Source of the DNA: Phoronis australis
Taxonomy: Eukaryota > Animalia > Phoronida
DNA length: 64,000 bases
Assembly: GCA_002633005.1 (NCBI GenBank)
Contig: NMRA01000201.1
Span: 1-64,000, forward strand
Direction: 5' to 3'
The notes beneath the pieces were generated by a model. That model was not told where the DNA came from. It worked only from the letters and a program-made list of their open reading frames with translations, and made no database searches. Positions 37,101-52,100 of the stretch are shown here, piece after piece. Numbering within the stretch: position 1 is the stretch's first letter; the number at the start of each line of letters is the position of its first letter. Both the position numbers and the translations under genes were made by a program.

Positions 37101-40100
37101 CTGTCTTGTCTTATCGCATGATTCAGTTTTTTGACTTCACAAAATTTAATCAAAGCAGTCAACACTGTCTTACTGTTGTTTGAAACGGTGTGCCAATGTA
37201 ATAGTCATATTACCGAAGCAGCTCTCAGTAGGGCGTCAAGTATGGGACAGCATTGTGTGACATTCCAACAAAAGGGCATCACCACCTGATGCATTTTAGT
37301 AATCTGCGGATTGCGAAAACATTCTACATTGTCATTTAGTAGTCTGACCTGAAGTATGCACCCCTGCTACAAAGTTCCTATGCTTTCTTCCTATCAGTTA
37401 CTTTAAAGACCTTATCTTAAGATTAATCTGGTTCTGTTACCAAAAAATCTTGCCAAATATAACTTTTTTGGTTCACTTCTCTAAAATTGTTAGAAGCATC
37501 AGAGAATATATTCGCCAACTATAGATTTTGTGTTAGTTATGATGTCTATATCAATTGCTTCCATATAACTTCTTTTAGTAAAGGTTAAAAATGTGTGCCA
37601 CTAGAACATTCCTCCATCAAGATTTTCAAAATGCATTCCAGGTTGAGAGGGTGCAAACTGTCTGGAAATTGTGTGCAAGGATGGAAAAGTTGACATTTTC
37701 AGAAGTCCTCTACATAGTCGGGATAGTGATCTGACATAATGTGTATGTTTTTGTAGAACTTTAAACTTGCTGATGATTACTGAAAATTTCTGCAAACACA
37801 ACAGAATATCAGTTCAAATTTTCATTGAGCTTTTCCCAGATTTGTCAGAATGCCTAGGCCAACTTCGCTTATTCAGTTGTAGGAACTGCAGATTATTTCC
37901 TTAGAAATAACTGTTGAACCTCCACTTGAAATGGTGAACGAAGTGTCAGTTGCTACACTTCACTGGCCTGCCAGTAATGTTATCATTAATGAGAAACATC
38001 AGTGTTAATGAGTTCAAGGTGATTTGGGATAATTTAATGAAATGGCTGTGTGGAAACAGTGCTTTATTGAACAATAGTTGTTTTGGTGCTCAATTGTCTG
38101 CAATTTACTAAGTGTATATCATTTAGTTCAATTTGTAGTGTTCCACTTGAATGTTCAAGTTAAGGGTGTCAACCAACATACAATAAAGATAATGACACCC
38201 CTGGAGATCTCCTTATGAATGAGACAAGTAGTGTTTTACACTATCTTTGTGCCAAAGTACGTCATAACACAAGCGTTGTAATGATAGCCATGGGCATTCA
38301 GCTTGCAAACAATTTCCTGACGAGGTTGTTCCTCAAATAGGCACATTTCTATTTTGATCTATAATAATATAACTCAGTCTTTTGTTCTTGTTAACATTGG
38401 GTATTAGTTGCAAGGCTGCTACTGCTGTTTATAAATAACTTAATGTGGAAGGGAAGTGCTAAAGTCATAGGTCGCCTCGATCATCATGGTTTCAAACGAA
38501 TAGCTAGATAAAAAATGACTTTGGCAGTGTTGATTTTGGGGTTTATTGAGAAGGTGTAGTGATGTTGTTTTCTTATTGGCATTGAGGTAGAAATTTGAAG
38601 TTGATTGTAATCTTCACCTATGTGCAAGATTGAAGCAGATTTATCGATGAATTTCAAGGAACGCCACAAATTAAGGACAAGACATGAATAGAGCAATACG
38701 AGAAACACGCTTAATCTTGCGTAAACTGACTACCGTAACTCTGTGTGATGCAGTCTATGTTTTTAACCAAGGTGATTGGACTCATTGTTATGTGTGACGT
38801 GATAATTTTTTACCCCACTGCATAAAGGAGCATTACTTAAGAGCACATCGGATTCAGGTGGTTGCCTGATTGTAGCTTCTAATAGATTTCCAACAGAAAC
38901 CAGTCCTCAATAGAAAAGAAATGATATAAAGTGCTCGTCAACTCTTTGTGTCAGCATTGAAACCTAGGACTATGTTCATAATACTCCCAGATTGAAACTC
39001 ACTGCTGCGACAAGCTTTTTATGGTGCAGAACTAACCAATTTTGACTATGATGTGCTGTGGTAATAGTCTGATAAGTGCCCTATGGATGCTTACTTTTGT
39101 GAGTGAATATACCAGAATCAGAATGGCTTTGTGATATATTGGGATGTGTATATTGATGTGATATCTTCCACCTTGTCACCAGTTTTAGATAAGTGCCGTC
39201 CACACACACTTACGCTAGAACAAGTTACTCCAGGAACAAGATGTTGCTAGGTTTGAGTGCTGTGTGGACGATATATAAAAAAGTGCAACCTTCCCCACTA
39301 GTGACAACTTATTCCACATTAACAAGGTGGTGTACCTTGTTCTAGGGTATCTTGCACCACTTGTAATCAATCTGTGGCTGCAAAAGTGGGGTACTACCAA
39401 GACGGAAATAATTATTAGCCGCGGTTACATTCAGACGGGTTTTTTTTGCGCTCCGTACTCGTCTTAGATGTCCATTGCCATGCACAGAATGACAACTTCT
39501 GCTTTACCCTAGTTATTGGATATGTTTGTGTGTGTGTGTGGACGCTCCACTCAAAAGTGGGGTAAGTTGCACTAGTACAAGTTAGTCTAGGGTAGACAGT
39601 GTGTGGACAGGACTACAGAGATACATAGCTTTTTCCATCTCAAATAATTAGTGACCGTGTCTGAGTGGTGTTGAAAGACACCACCTAGACCGGATGGGGC
39701 TTTTACAGGGGTTGGAAACAATTTGGTGGCAATGTCTACTAAGTTTTAGCTAAAATCCTCTTGGCCGCAGTATCAATGCAGAAGACACCAAACTCTTGGT
39801 ATGATCACCAGGCAGGCTTTCCTCAGTCAGTGGTATGCACGGTGAAAATACTCCGTATACAAGGTGACCAAACTCTAGTCCCATGGACTTGATGGCCGCT
39901 GGTTTAGGGATTTGTCTTTAGAGGGTTTGGTGACTGCTGGTCCAGAACATGGGTTTGGTTAGAGGATTGGGACTGGAATTTAGAGGCGATGGAATTGTTT
40001 CTACCTTTACATGGATCCAATCTCCCGCAGTCCGTGTTGTTCACCTCGACCCCGTCATTTTGCACCATGTAAGTCTCTGTTTAAGATTTTGCTTTGCCTG

Positions 40101-43100
40101 TCAGTTTGCTCTGTGTCAACAGTGAAGTGCAATATTGTCATGATAGGTGAGGAATTATGGCTAGACAACCTTGTTTTATGTCACTGTTTGTCTTGAAGAC
40201 CCCAAATAACGGTCAAATGACTTTTGAACATGTTAAATAATAATATGTATCATTGATCGACACAAACATATCATCCCTTCCTTTACTCCTGGCATTAGCT
40301 AATTACGCCAAACTTCAATTGTAACACATGTGAATGTGGTTGTTGGAGTATGTTTTGACCATCATTCTGATCACACAAGTAACATAAATTGCCAAAATGC
40401 GATGAATGGTTAGTTTTATTATTAACTTACAGTTGTCTACATGATGGCAAGAATCTGGTCTTCTATTCAGACGCCTATTTAATACAACTAGTTTTGGCCT
40501 TTCATTCTTTTTTCTGTCTTCTCACAGTGAAGCAGAGGCATGAAAAGGCCACTTCAGTTATCATTTGACAACCGTAGGTTTCAGTCATTAAATCGTGTTG
40601 TCTTGATGTTGTTAAAGTTTTGGTAAAAATTCTCCATTTTGGGACAGTCTCCAACCTTGAGCAAAACAATAAAATTTAATTTTCTGTGTCCCAAATTGGA
40701 AATTTCTTACCACACAGGGAATATCTAGGTAGCCAAAACACCTTAAACAAAAAGTCCGTTTAAGGAAGGCTTTAATTTGTCAGTTATTGTTCTGAAGTTG
40801 TCTTAGCTTTTCTTCTTCAACCCAAATGTTCTCACCAGTTCTTTGTTTACAGTTGACTTGAGGTTAGTCAAGGAGATACGAGCGGGGAAGAACTCGAAGG
40901 AATTTGAAAAATGGTCGGATGAAGCGCGCAAGATAGATTCGTCAGTTTGCTTCGTCATACTCTATGGGAGTGACTTCAGGTTGAAAACTCTGTCACTAGT
41001 AGGTCAGTGCTCCGTTATCTAATTATCTCTTTAAGTCCTTTATTGATAAAAAAGTTGAAATTAATGACAATTTGATGTTTTGCTCATATTTTCCTGCGGG
41101 CATTGTTAGGACTTACTACATTTCCACTTAGTCAACATATTAAATGGTTTGTGGGTAGTGACCTATAAAACACTGACTCCGCAGGTGAAACAACTTTAGG
41201 CAATAATTGTTGTAATTACTATTGAGACTACATGGAAAAAATCAATTCAATTTGTAAACTTCAGAGCGCGTAGGTTTAAGTAGAGAATAAACTTTTGAAT
41301 ATCTTAGCATCATTGACTAATTGTTGGAAATGTTATCCCTATCCATATTTGTGGCTAATATGTTTTACCCTAAGGTGCAAAAACCCCCAAGTGCAAAATG
41401 GTAAATTTACTAACACAAGGCGACCTCTTCCTGTAGGATGTCTACAAATATTTTGAAAATGTGATGCGACAAAAGTTTGGTTTAAAATAATGAAGGTGTG
41501 ATTTTCAATGCAAAATGTATTCGTGGCGAATTTTCCACTTGCACGAGCGTACACACCTGCGAAATTTCATATTCCCACCAATTGGTTTCACCAAATTTGC
41601 AGGTATGTCCCCACTTAAGCCTAGACGTAAATTTTAGAAGTGGTCCACAATGGACCGTTTTCGCGCAGCACCCTTCCGCTGGCTAAATGAAAGTTTCAAA
41701 TAGTTTCATTGATAGCCAAGTATAAGCATTAGCGTATGATCAATGCATGAAAGTGGTCCTTTAATCTTGGTCCCAAAGATAGTTTGCCCACTATGGTTCG
41801 TTTTGTTCACTAATAGCAGAATGCACTCTTGTCGTTAGTCTGTACAGAAACTGACCATATTTGTCAAAATTTATTTGTTGCACACAGCCTCCACGCGGCA
41901 AGAATATGGCTACATGATCTCAGGGCTGCAACACCTCGTTAAAGAGACGCAGTGTTCCTCCTACATGCTGCACGTGGAAAGGTGAGTGCCATTTCTCTCC
42001 TGATTAAGGTAAAAATTCTTCAATTTCAGACGAAAATGATTGCTGAGGTTTCCATTTTTCTATTCTTCAGACGTTTACTATATCATTGTAAACACTCACA
42101 AGTTACCAAATGTTGTTTGCTGTACCTTACAAAACATGTTAAAAGCAATGTAAAAAAAGTTGCTTTCTTTGAGAAATTTAATAACTTTACATGTCCGCCG
42201 TGTCATGTCTGAAGAATTTTTACCGTTAGTACAACAGTTGACGGTATTGAAATACTCTCCCATATGGTAACCTTGACAATGCATAATTACTTTGTATAAC
42301 TGGCTGTTACAATATAGTCAGAGACTAAACAGCTAAACAAATATCAATTAAGCAAATAAACACTTCTCGTTAGTTGCTTATCGGCTTGTTACAATCATAT
42401 AACGAATGGCATTGAATGCCCGTGACATTCTCTGCGCAGTTCCTTGCCGGATTTATTAATTTTGTCAAATAGGTTTTTACTAAGCAGACAAAGACACTTT
42501 CTTGTTTTCAGATGAATTTGACATAGTGACTCCTAGTAGCCATTTTTATTATTTGCAAGTCTGTTTTTTGGTGTCCATCTGTTTATTGGCCAAACCATTC
42601 TAGGAGTCGGTATGACCATGGCTGACGGTTTTCAAAAGTTTTGACTACTGTGGCGTTAACTAATGGCAGTTTTGCTTTTTCGCAGCTGTTTCACCTAAGC
42701 CCCTGCAAGGTCTTTCTGACATTACGCAAGTCTATTTCTATGAAACTGACATTGTATGATGACAACTTTTGGATGTGTCTGACTATCACTGTACCCCCCT
42801 AGTGGCTTTTTTGTGTCTACTAATGAAAGAGTGATTCAGTCAGCTCTGGGGCTTTATTATTGCTGTGACAATTACTCTGATGAGTGTTATTTCTGTCACT
42901 CTAATTGCCATTTGGTATTGCAAAAGTATTAAGAGAATGTTGAATAATGCCATGTCTATGTTTTTTATTTTTGATTTTCGACATGGGAATAACCTTTCGT
43001 AGATCAACTGTCAGCCTAGTGAAAACCAATTTGAATTGTTGTGTTACTTTTAGATTATTGGGTTTCACTGAGTTTTGCATAATTCAGTGATTTACAGAGG

Positions 43101-46100
43101 CCCCACGTGTATCTCTTCAGGCACGTTACACTCTGTTTATCAGAAAGTAATTGCGGTCATAAAAGACCATTTCATACTGACTTAACTCCGGTCTCCACGT
43201 AACTTGCGAAGTTAATTAAATCGTTCATACCATCTTCGATAGTGAACGGACATCAAAGTTAACAGTAGGTGACGCTGATGTCATTCAAGAAATCGCAAGG
43301 TGGCGTTGATGCGTCACGTCCGTGCTAACATTTTTTAATGTGACAATTTGAGAACATTTCCACGTGCTAATTGACATAAAATGTATTTCTAATTTCATTC
43401 ATTATTATTCAAGTAAAATATTAGCAACTGTTAGCGACAACACTGCCCTTTAGTTGTTGACGATAATAGTTGCGCCTGGTGATAACTTTAATGGGACTGA
43501 AGTTGACCGTTCATACCGCACTGCAGCATCAACATTCCGCCGTTAGATCCAACTGTTTACTGCGAAGTTAACTGGCATTGTAAACACATCAATCCAGAAC
43601 CAAAGTTAACCGTTCATACTGACCACAGCTCCTCATATCATTGCCACGTCGACGTTAGTATGAAAGGGCCTAAAGTATCTCACACTCTCTAGTAATTGGC
43701 TTACTGAGAATTACCATCTATAAACAATTGTTGGTCCTCAGCAATTTTCAGTATTTTCAGCATGAGAAGTTAAGTTCATGTACGACCCTAGAAAATGTAC
43801 AAATTTGGTTAACTTTGGAATATCATATCTGAGAAATGTCTGATCGAATTCCTATGAAGGTTTTTATATATTTGACTTAATACACAGACTAGTCACTGAA
43901 GTCCTACATAACCTTGAAGGCATTAGAGTGCACCATCTACCTGGAATTTGAGGAGGGTTAATGCTGTAGTACTGTTTACTCAGCTTGTGAACATGTTGTT
44001 AAAGAAAAAATGTTAGGCCTGGAACATAAGCCGTGGTTTGTTTCACTAGGAACTCTGTTGCAACCTGTCAAGAGTGTTTGGGGTGGCTACCTTTGTGTCG
44101 GTTTCTGCAATTTTTTGGTATGATACGGGTATTTTATTTTAAAAATTGGATATTGGTATAGGTTGCTTTAAACTGATGTGAACTTTCTCTCGACTTTGGG
44201 GCATCTTTGTCCAACGCAGGTTCACGAGTAGGACAAAAATGCCTTGCCAAGACTCAATGCCAGTGTTTTGTGGAATATAGTTGAAAATGCACACAAATGC
44301 TGTTGGTTCTCATATCACTTGAGAGTTTGAATAGTATTGAGAACTAGCGAGGAAATGGAAAAAATTAAGCTTGTGTAAACTCACTGAGAATTTGACAAGA
44401 CAAATGAAACCACTTGATACCATAATAAATTGCAATGTAAATACTTGACTTAATTACCACACAATATGGCCGACAGGAGAAATTCTGTTTTGTCGATTTT
44501 TTTCACAAATAAACAAAGATCAAGAAAATTTCAGATGTCATAACATGACATTTGGTGAAGGTTCCATCATAATTTGTAGAAAAGTAATCATCTTTTGAAG
44601 AATGAAAATTTTAGGAATTTAATTGTTTTTGTGCAAAATAAGTGGAAAATTACAGTAGCTTTCATACATTTTTGAAAGTACATGATATAAGACCAGCTTT
44701 CACTGATAAAGTTATCTTAATCCTTTCAATTTAACTTGTTCTCAGAAGTAAAATGGGTCGAGTGGATGTGAAAGTTATTGATCGGCTGCATGAAGAAATA
44801 CTGGATGTGATCTCGCATGGGAAACATATTTTTGTGCCACTATCTTAATTTCATTCGTGTTCTGTAGTAACCATTAGTTACCTGTTTGTTTTGCTACATT
44901 TACGTTTCAACATTTCTTCTCAAACTACATCATTATCTGTGTTTTCAGTTTTGATTTTCTTGTGAACAATCATTTAATTTTACTATCATGTCTAAAACCA
45001 AGGTTTAGCATCAAAAGCTACCCCACCATTGAATCAACTGTGAGCTCATAACAATTGAAAGCAGTCCGATGATATGTTGAATGGCTGTTGTAGAGGATTT
45101 ATTACGTTATGTAGTACAGAGTACAGCCAATCAGAGCATATAGTAGCAATTCTCCAGTTACTGAAATTTGGGACACTTAAATTTAAGATGAAATTGATGT
45201 TATTTGATTCTGAAGATTGGGTGATTTTGGTGTCCATCATGTTTCTCAAATATCTGACTCTGATTTGTATGAAGAGTGTGAAATTGTTTCTGACTGGTGA
45301 TGTGTTTCAAAGCGTAACCGCAAACCTTTAATTGCGCAGGCAGTATCCTACTACACTAACATTTAATTTAAAAATTTTAGACATCGGTTATTTTACCGTC
45401 TTTCTTGTTATTCTTGAATGTGAAATGGCCAGTATTGCCCATGACTAAAATAAGTCAAAAGCTCAAACTTTGAGCAAAATAATTCATTTTTCACTGTCCC
45501 AAACTGTAGAGTTTTTACCGTAATAATCTTCCATTGTTTTGACCATGAGAAGACGTTCTCGGTGTCCCATTGTTTTAGTTGGACTAAAAATGAGTTGCGA
45601 TGAAAGTTTTCAGTCATCCAGTTGAGTCATAGTACAAGAATCAATAAATCTATTACTGGACTTACGGTACGTGGAAATGGCTACGTTGCGTCCTCCTCAG
45701 GACTTCATCAGGCCACTGAGTTGTCACGTGAATTGTCATGTCATCTGTCGTACAGTTTCCGCGGGATTCTCTTCCACGTACCGTAAGTCCAGTAATAGAT
45801 TTATTGATTCTTATAAAAATGAGTTGCGTTTGTGAGGGCTGCAATAGCACACCGGTGCCATTTTCCTGAATTTTGTCAAACGTGCTGATATGACGTGATT
45901 GAGTTCATGAAATTCGTGTGCAATTTGCTGACATGAACTTATTGAGGGCCTAGTTTTGGTGGCGAACACACAAAAAGTTCATTTGACAAGGTCAGGACTG
46001 CTGTTCATGTGAAATGAAATTGAAAATGGGTATTCTCCAATTTTCTCAGGTTGGGAAAATGCATTTCACGTCATGAAATGCAGCATTTATAAAGGAATGT

Positions 46101-49100
46101 TTAAAGATGCTGGCAACATGTCTACTGTAACTCTTCACCATTCAGTCGTCAATATTTCGTATAAGTGAAATTTCACGTTGTCAAGTTCTCAGCAAAAATA
46201 GATTTTAAGACAGGTTAACTCTCAGGTTATCTTGTGATACAACAGGTTGAGTTTGTGAGTTTGATTCTGTGTTGGGGCTAATCTCAGAAAACCACTTTTG
46301 TCACCCATGCTGTCACATTAATTAGTATATTTCACATTTACGTTTTGAAGCAGCATTACTGCAGACAAGTGAAATTTTATGTTGTCAAATTCCTCATCGA
46401 AAATAAACATCAAGAAAGCTTAAGTCATATTATCGGTGGTGACGGAAGGCTACTCTGTTTAGCCGACTTGACGGCAAATTACGAGTCATTTTGTTTGAAT
46501 ACTTTTGGTTCGTACTGTAACGCTGTGTTGTTCTTCTTTTAGATGGCTGAGGAAGGAGTTCTACAGCATGGAGAATCCAAAGACAAACACGTACGTACTA
46601 TCATGTCGATGTCTTAACATTTATTGTGATATTAGGGGAGGCTTTTAGTCTAATCACGTCTGTGTATTCAGGGGAACAGTTCGTCTAAGAAAATGCAAAT
46701 GTTACTGAATTGCATAATTATCCTGTTTCTAGTGTTTGCTTACTTCTTCTGGATAAGAAATTATATTTATTTAGTAATCTCATGTACAGTTCCTGGAAAC
46801 GTATCTGAACATATGCATATTGGTTGGGGGGAGGCAATGGCCACCCAGATTTAGGGAAAATTTGCACAAAATAAGAAGAAAATCAGGCAGTGGGACATAC
46901 CAATAGTGGGCATTTACGACGACAGGAGGATGAACTCGACAGTGACAGAGGAGAAGCAGTTGACGAGTTTGCAACCAAGGGTGGAATTAGTATGATGGTA
47001 TGATGACTAGAGATGAAACTGGTGCCGACGGGAGGTCAATTAGCCACACATACTTTGTTCACTAGCGAGTCAGACCTTGTGTTTGCTCAGTGGAAGTGAA
47101 TGCAAAACCAAGCCCTTTGCTGGTCTGTCCATGGATGGTGGATCTGTACCAGGAGAACAACAATAAGCAAGAAAAAATGCATCACCAAGATGACTAGAAA
47201 TTTAATCGTACTAAGCGACGTAACATCAAAAAAGGTATCTCCCTCTGACAATACCTTGGTGGATATACAAATATTGATTCGCTCATTGTAGGGTTTCATT
47301 AAGGGACCTCAAGTCATGGTTGCCAAGGGTCAACTACAAAATACCCACCAGCAAACTGAGAGAAAGTTACCAGGTAAGGGCAGTGTAATAACACAGTTCA
47401 CCAAAAGAGGGAGCAATAAAGGCCAAACTGTCAATCTCATGGTGTGTTTTCATTTGCAGAGGCTTGTTTGCAGCTTGATGTTCATTGGTAGCCATTTAGT
47501 TAAGATTAAGGTAAAAAAATCAAATTTAGGACAGTCTCTAAAAATTAGGACTCAAGCAGCAATTGAATTTTCTTGATTCTGAACTCCCATTTTGTTTGTC
47601 CACTCAGTCAATGATTGCATTGTCCTCCTCTGACCTTTTTCACTGTGTTTAACTCTAACCTTTGCCATGGTCTTTCAACTCTGTTTTATAACAAAATGTA
47701 CTAGTCTGACCTAAAAATGTAATTCAACTTTAATAATGATAACTTAATCCTGACCTTACTTAGACATGGGGTTCAACTTCGACCTATATCATGTTGTTCA
47801 TGAGAAGCTATTACACATTAACAGATATCTGTCCCATTAGGCCCTGTATGCTAGAAGCTTTGCAGCAAATTTTGCTTTGTTCTGGCTAGCACACCATAGT
47901 CATGTAAGTATAAGTGGAGAGAGACAAATTCTGGAGGCCGTTGTTGTCAAACAAGTAGTCCAGCAATTGCTATTTCTTTCCAAAAGGTTTCTTAATTCCT
48001 AACAAAATCGATGGGCTTATGTGCTAAAAATGACGATCAATCTATATTTTCCGGACGTAATTCATACTCTTCGATTTAAGAGTGTTCAAGCTCACCTCAG
48101 GCGTCAGCTTGTACAATTACTGTTCCTAAATTGATGACTGTAAGAAAAATAAGCAAAGTCAATAAGGCTGGGCTCAAAGCTCATTTGCCATACGCAACAT
48201 GATAGTCTTGTACTTCATCTCACTCAAGGGAGATCAGGACAAAAGAGGTTGATAATGAACTGCTATTGCGTTGAAATGGAAACATACAGAGGTTTATGGG
48301 AAGGTCAACTATTGACCAGGCCCGCCAGATGGAGGCAGCACAGGTCTTGCTGTTCGCAGTTCACATCGTTCATTTCAAAATAGGAACTGAAATTTTGAGG
48401 TGTTTTTTAAATTTGTTGTCAGTCTGTACACTGTGCAAAGCTTTTTGTCCGTTGTGTTTCACTGATGATTTTCTTTAATTGGACGATTTTCCCATTTTCA
48501 GGTGGTTGAGCCCCAGACCAGAGAGATAGGCTTTGAATCATTTTCTATGTTATACAACAATCTAGTTTACGTACCCCAGGTAATTAGCCATTTTCCATTG
48601 ATTGCCGTAAGCTCCCATTTTCAAACAAAGCATCTTGCAGGTAATTTTTACTTTAAGTGTTTTATTAAAGTGGCCTTTTCAGTGATAATTCCACATCAAG
48701 TTTTCAAGAGGGCCCTCACAAATACGACAGGAAATACAATAAGTATTATAAAACAAGACTAACACAAAATTTACATTTAGCTGTAGAAACGTATGTATAG
48801 TACAAACCAAAAGTATTCAGAAAAAATGACCTTGAATTCCCGGTCTTGACAGCTGGGCGGAGGAGTAGTCTTCCATCTTTACCAAGAATGACAGGAAAGA
48901 TAGTAAGGTAGCTTGATCATTCAGTAATTAGAATTTTGCTGGCCTAATAGTTATTACCAGTCCTGTTTGCTGTTAATAGAACTAACCATCATGACAGGGA
49001 AATGGTATTTTGTCTGATTACTTTGGCCTGGTACTGTATGAAGTGCACTGAGCTGCGTATTTGCACTTACAGATAATTGGAATATTCGAGTAACTAGTGT

Positions 49101-52100
49101 TTTTGTTAGCCTGGTCTGTTCGACGTAGTTCTGCAGTGCCCATCTGCAAATCAATGGTCACATACCGTAAGTTTGGTGGTTGAAGCGTACCTTGGCTCAG
49201 TAAGTGAATGGACCGCTGCACCTTTTCATTTCCAGGTGTATAGCGAACACTTTGCGCCATGTTTCGAGGCCAGTGAGACGATCACAGCACTTCATTTCCA
49301 GCAGTTCTTAGCCAAAGAGCAAAATGACCCCATAGCCAATGATCTTCAAGCAGTCAAGGACGTTATGAATAAGTTCCTCGATGACCCCTTTCGAAAGGCT
49401 GCTGGCTCTCACTTTACCCACCAAGAGGTAATAACTGATACATGTCATCCAACGTAATTTTATGTTGAAGCAATTAGTAAAGATAAGTAAAGACTCGGCA
49501 AAGACTAAGGTAATTGGCAACTTTCATCAAGTTCTTTGACATTTCATAAAATAACTTTTCAACTTTTCACTTTTAACCAATAAAAGTAAAGAATTCCTCA
49601 ATACTTGAAAATTGTATTTCAGACCTTGAAAAGTTGCACAATCGGTTATATTCACGCGACCACCATTTTTTTAATTGTTTTTTGTTTTAACATGGATTGC
49701 TAAAAATCTCAACTGCATGCGACGTTTTGTATGAACTATATTTATAATTATGCTAGGTATTGTTGCTCAGATTTTTTTATTTACCCTCAAACAACAAGAT
49801 ATCAGCCATCAAAGTCACTATCTAAAAACCTGTTCATCAGAACAGAAATACAGTGCTTGAGAAAAGAAATATAGCGGGAATGCAAAGATTTGTGAGTTAT
49901 CACTGAGAAAAATAACAAAAGTTTCTGGCAATGCCCACATGGTCCATGAGGGAGTAGATTGCCTGCCATCATTAAATGGTGGTGAAAACTGACACTGCTT
50001 TTTGTGAAGTACTTGGTGTACACATGACTCTGAAAAATGACTGGGCTTGCACAGTTTAGCTGTTTTACCATATTTTGGCTCCTAGTAATACATTTACCTC
50101 GTTTTAGCTCATGTATGCTGTTTTCCTTTATGTCGATAACCACAACCGTTAATTATGTACTATGTTATAAATTTCAGTTTATGTCGTTTATGTTTTCACC
50201 CCAAAACTCTGTGTGGGATCCTCAGTTCGATCAGGTGACTCAAGACATGAATCGACCTTTGACCCACTACTGGATTGCCTCATCACACAACACGTATGTG
50301 TTAGATTTATCTATGTGCGTATGTGGTGTCTGTAAGACAGTCTGTAAGACAGTCTGTAAGACAGTCTGTAAGACAGTCTGTAAGACAGTCTGTAAGACAG
50401 TCTGTAAGACAGTCTGTAAGACAGTCTGTAAGACAGTCCCTACTGAAGATTTTTACACGTCCACTGTCTGATACTTCTCTTGTCTGATTGGCAGAAACGT
50501 AGTGTAATAAGTTCCCATATAGTGTTATGTTGACCAACTGGCTCTAACACCAGATGTCGCTATTCACGAGCTGGCTAATCAATTCCTGTAGAACCCCTAA
50601 ACTGTACCCACAAAGAGAGAAGACGATGTCGGTGTATCAAAGTGCGTGAGACCAAGCTAAACTAATATTAGATGGAAAAATCGGGGAGTCAGTGAGCATT
50701 TTGTACAATACAGACCCATCCTGTGGGAAAATCTGATCATGTCCACCGCGAGAGAGCAATTAAGTGATTTACAGCACTTCATAAATCTGTCCTTTACTAT
50801 TAGTATTGTTTTTTGATTTTATTTGGGCCCAAAAAGTCAAAATGATATCTTACTAAACATGGCTTCTCTTGTAACAGTACTTGGTGTATTGTTTGTCCCT
50901 CTATTGCCTCCTTCCTTGATATCTCGACACTATACAAATGAAAATGGACCTATCCTGAAGGTGACATTAACATTTGTTTTCCTGTAGGTGTCAAAATAAG
51001 CCAAGCTCACTATTCGGTGTGTAATAGACACAGTTGTGACTAATTCTACAACTTTGAGTGTGTACTTTGTTCCGTAGGTATCTGATGGGTGACCAGTTTC
51101 AGAGCGAGTCATCTGCCGAGGCCTATGTCAGGGCACTACGAATGGGCTGTCGGTGTATCGAGCGTGAGTATTGGTCCATCTCTACGAGCCATGAATATGT
51201 GGGTGGCAAAGCTGAAGCGAGTTATTCGCAGCCATTAGATCAATACAAGTTATGGGACCCCAGAAAAATGCCCAAATTCATCTAACTTCGGAACATCTTA
51301 TCTCAGAAATGGCTGATCACATTCATATGAAACTTTCAGATACTGTCTCTCAAAATGTTGTTGAGATTTTTTTTAATATGCCACTTATGCATGAGGAGCT
51401 AACAAATAATTAAATACAAAGTTGCATAAAAAGGAAAATGAAATGATAAGTGTAGAAAACTGTAACAGTGTTTTTGAAATCTCATCTTGTCATTCAAAAT
51501 AGATGTTATTGGTATCATAGTTTTGCTATGAATGTACTTTGTTTTTTGCTTAATTTCTAAAAAGACATGCTCACGTGACATGATTAATGTCAAAAATCAT
51601 TTTCTACAAGCTTACTGTTTTCAGATAATGTATAATTTTGCGGAGTTAGCATCTATAGTTTTGTTGATATTTGGTAAATGCATACACTAGTCAATAATGT
51701 CCATTCGTAAATCCACTTTGACTAAGCTGATGGGCAGTAGTTGTGGGGTGTGTTCTGTAAAGCAAGTTGTGAGATGAGCGGTATCGCGTAAGCTCACACC
51801 AAATAAAAGTTGCCATGTGTTTCACTTGTAAGCTTAAGATTTTTTTAATGTAACCAAAACGGCTGCCACTTGATCTAACCGTTTACTCATATCTATGATA
51901 CACTGAATGACAGTCTGCTTGACATATTACTACAGATTGTATGACATTTTGTGTACGTCTGCTGGCGGTCCTGCTAAGTATAATATCCCACAATCCTCTG
52001 TGTATATGACGTCTCTCGCTATCCATAAAAAGGTCAATGTTCCTTATAACCAAACCTAATTTTTATTTGGAGCAAGCCTGTTGCACACAGCTCTGTTACA

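Noticed and set aside
39180-40100. Possible decayed retroelement ORF1/esterase fragment
   Set aside because: Only a vague VVILC-like patch amid stops; not supportable without a search.
50328-50438. CKTV/DCLT repeat peptides in ORFs 50037-50471 and 50307-50537
   Set aside because: They are translations of an intronic 12-bp tandem repeat lying after the GT donor at 50294; not protein.
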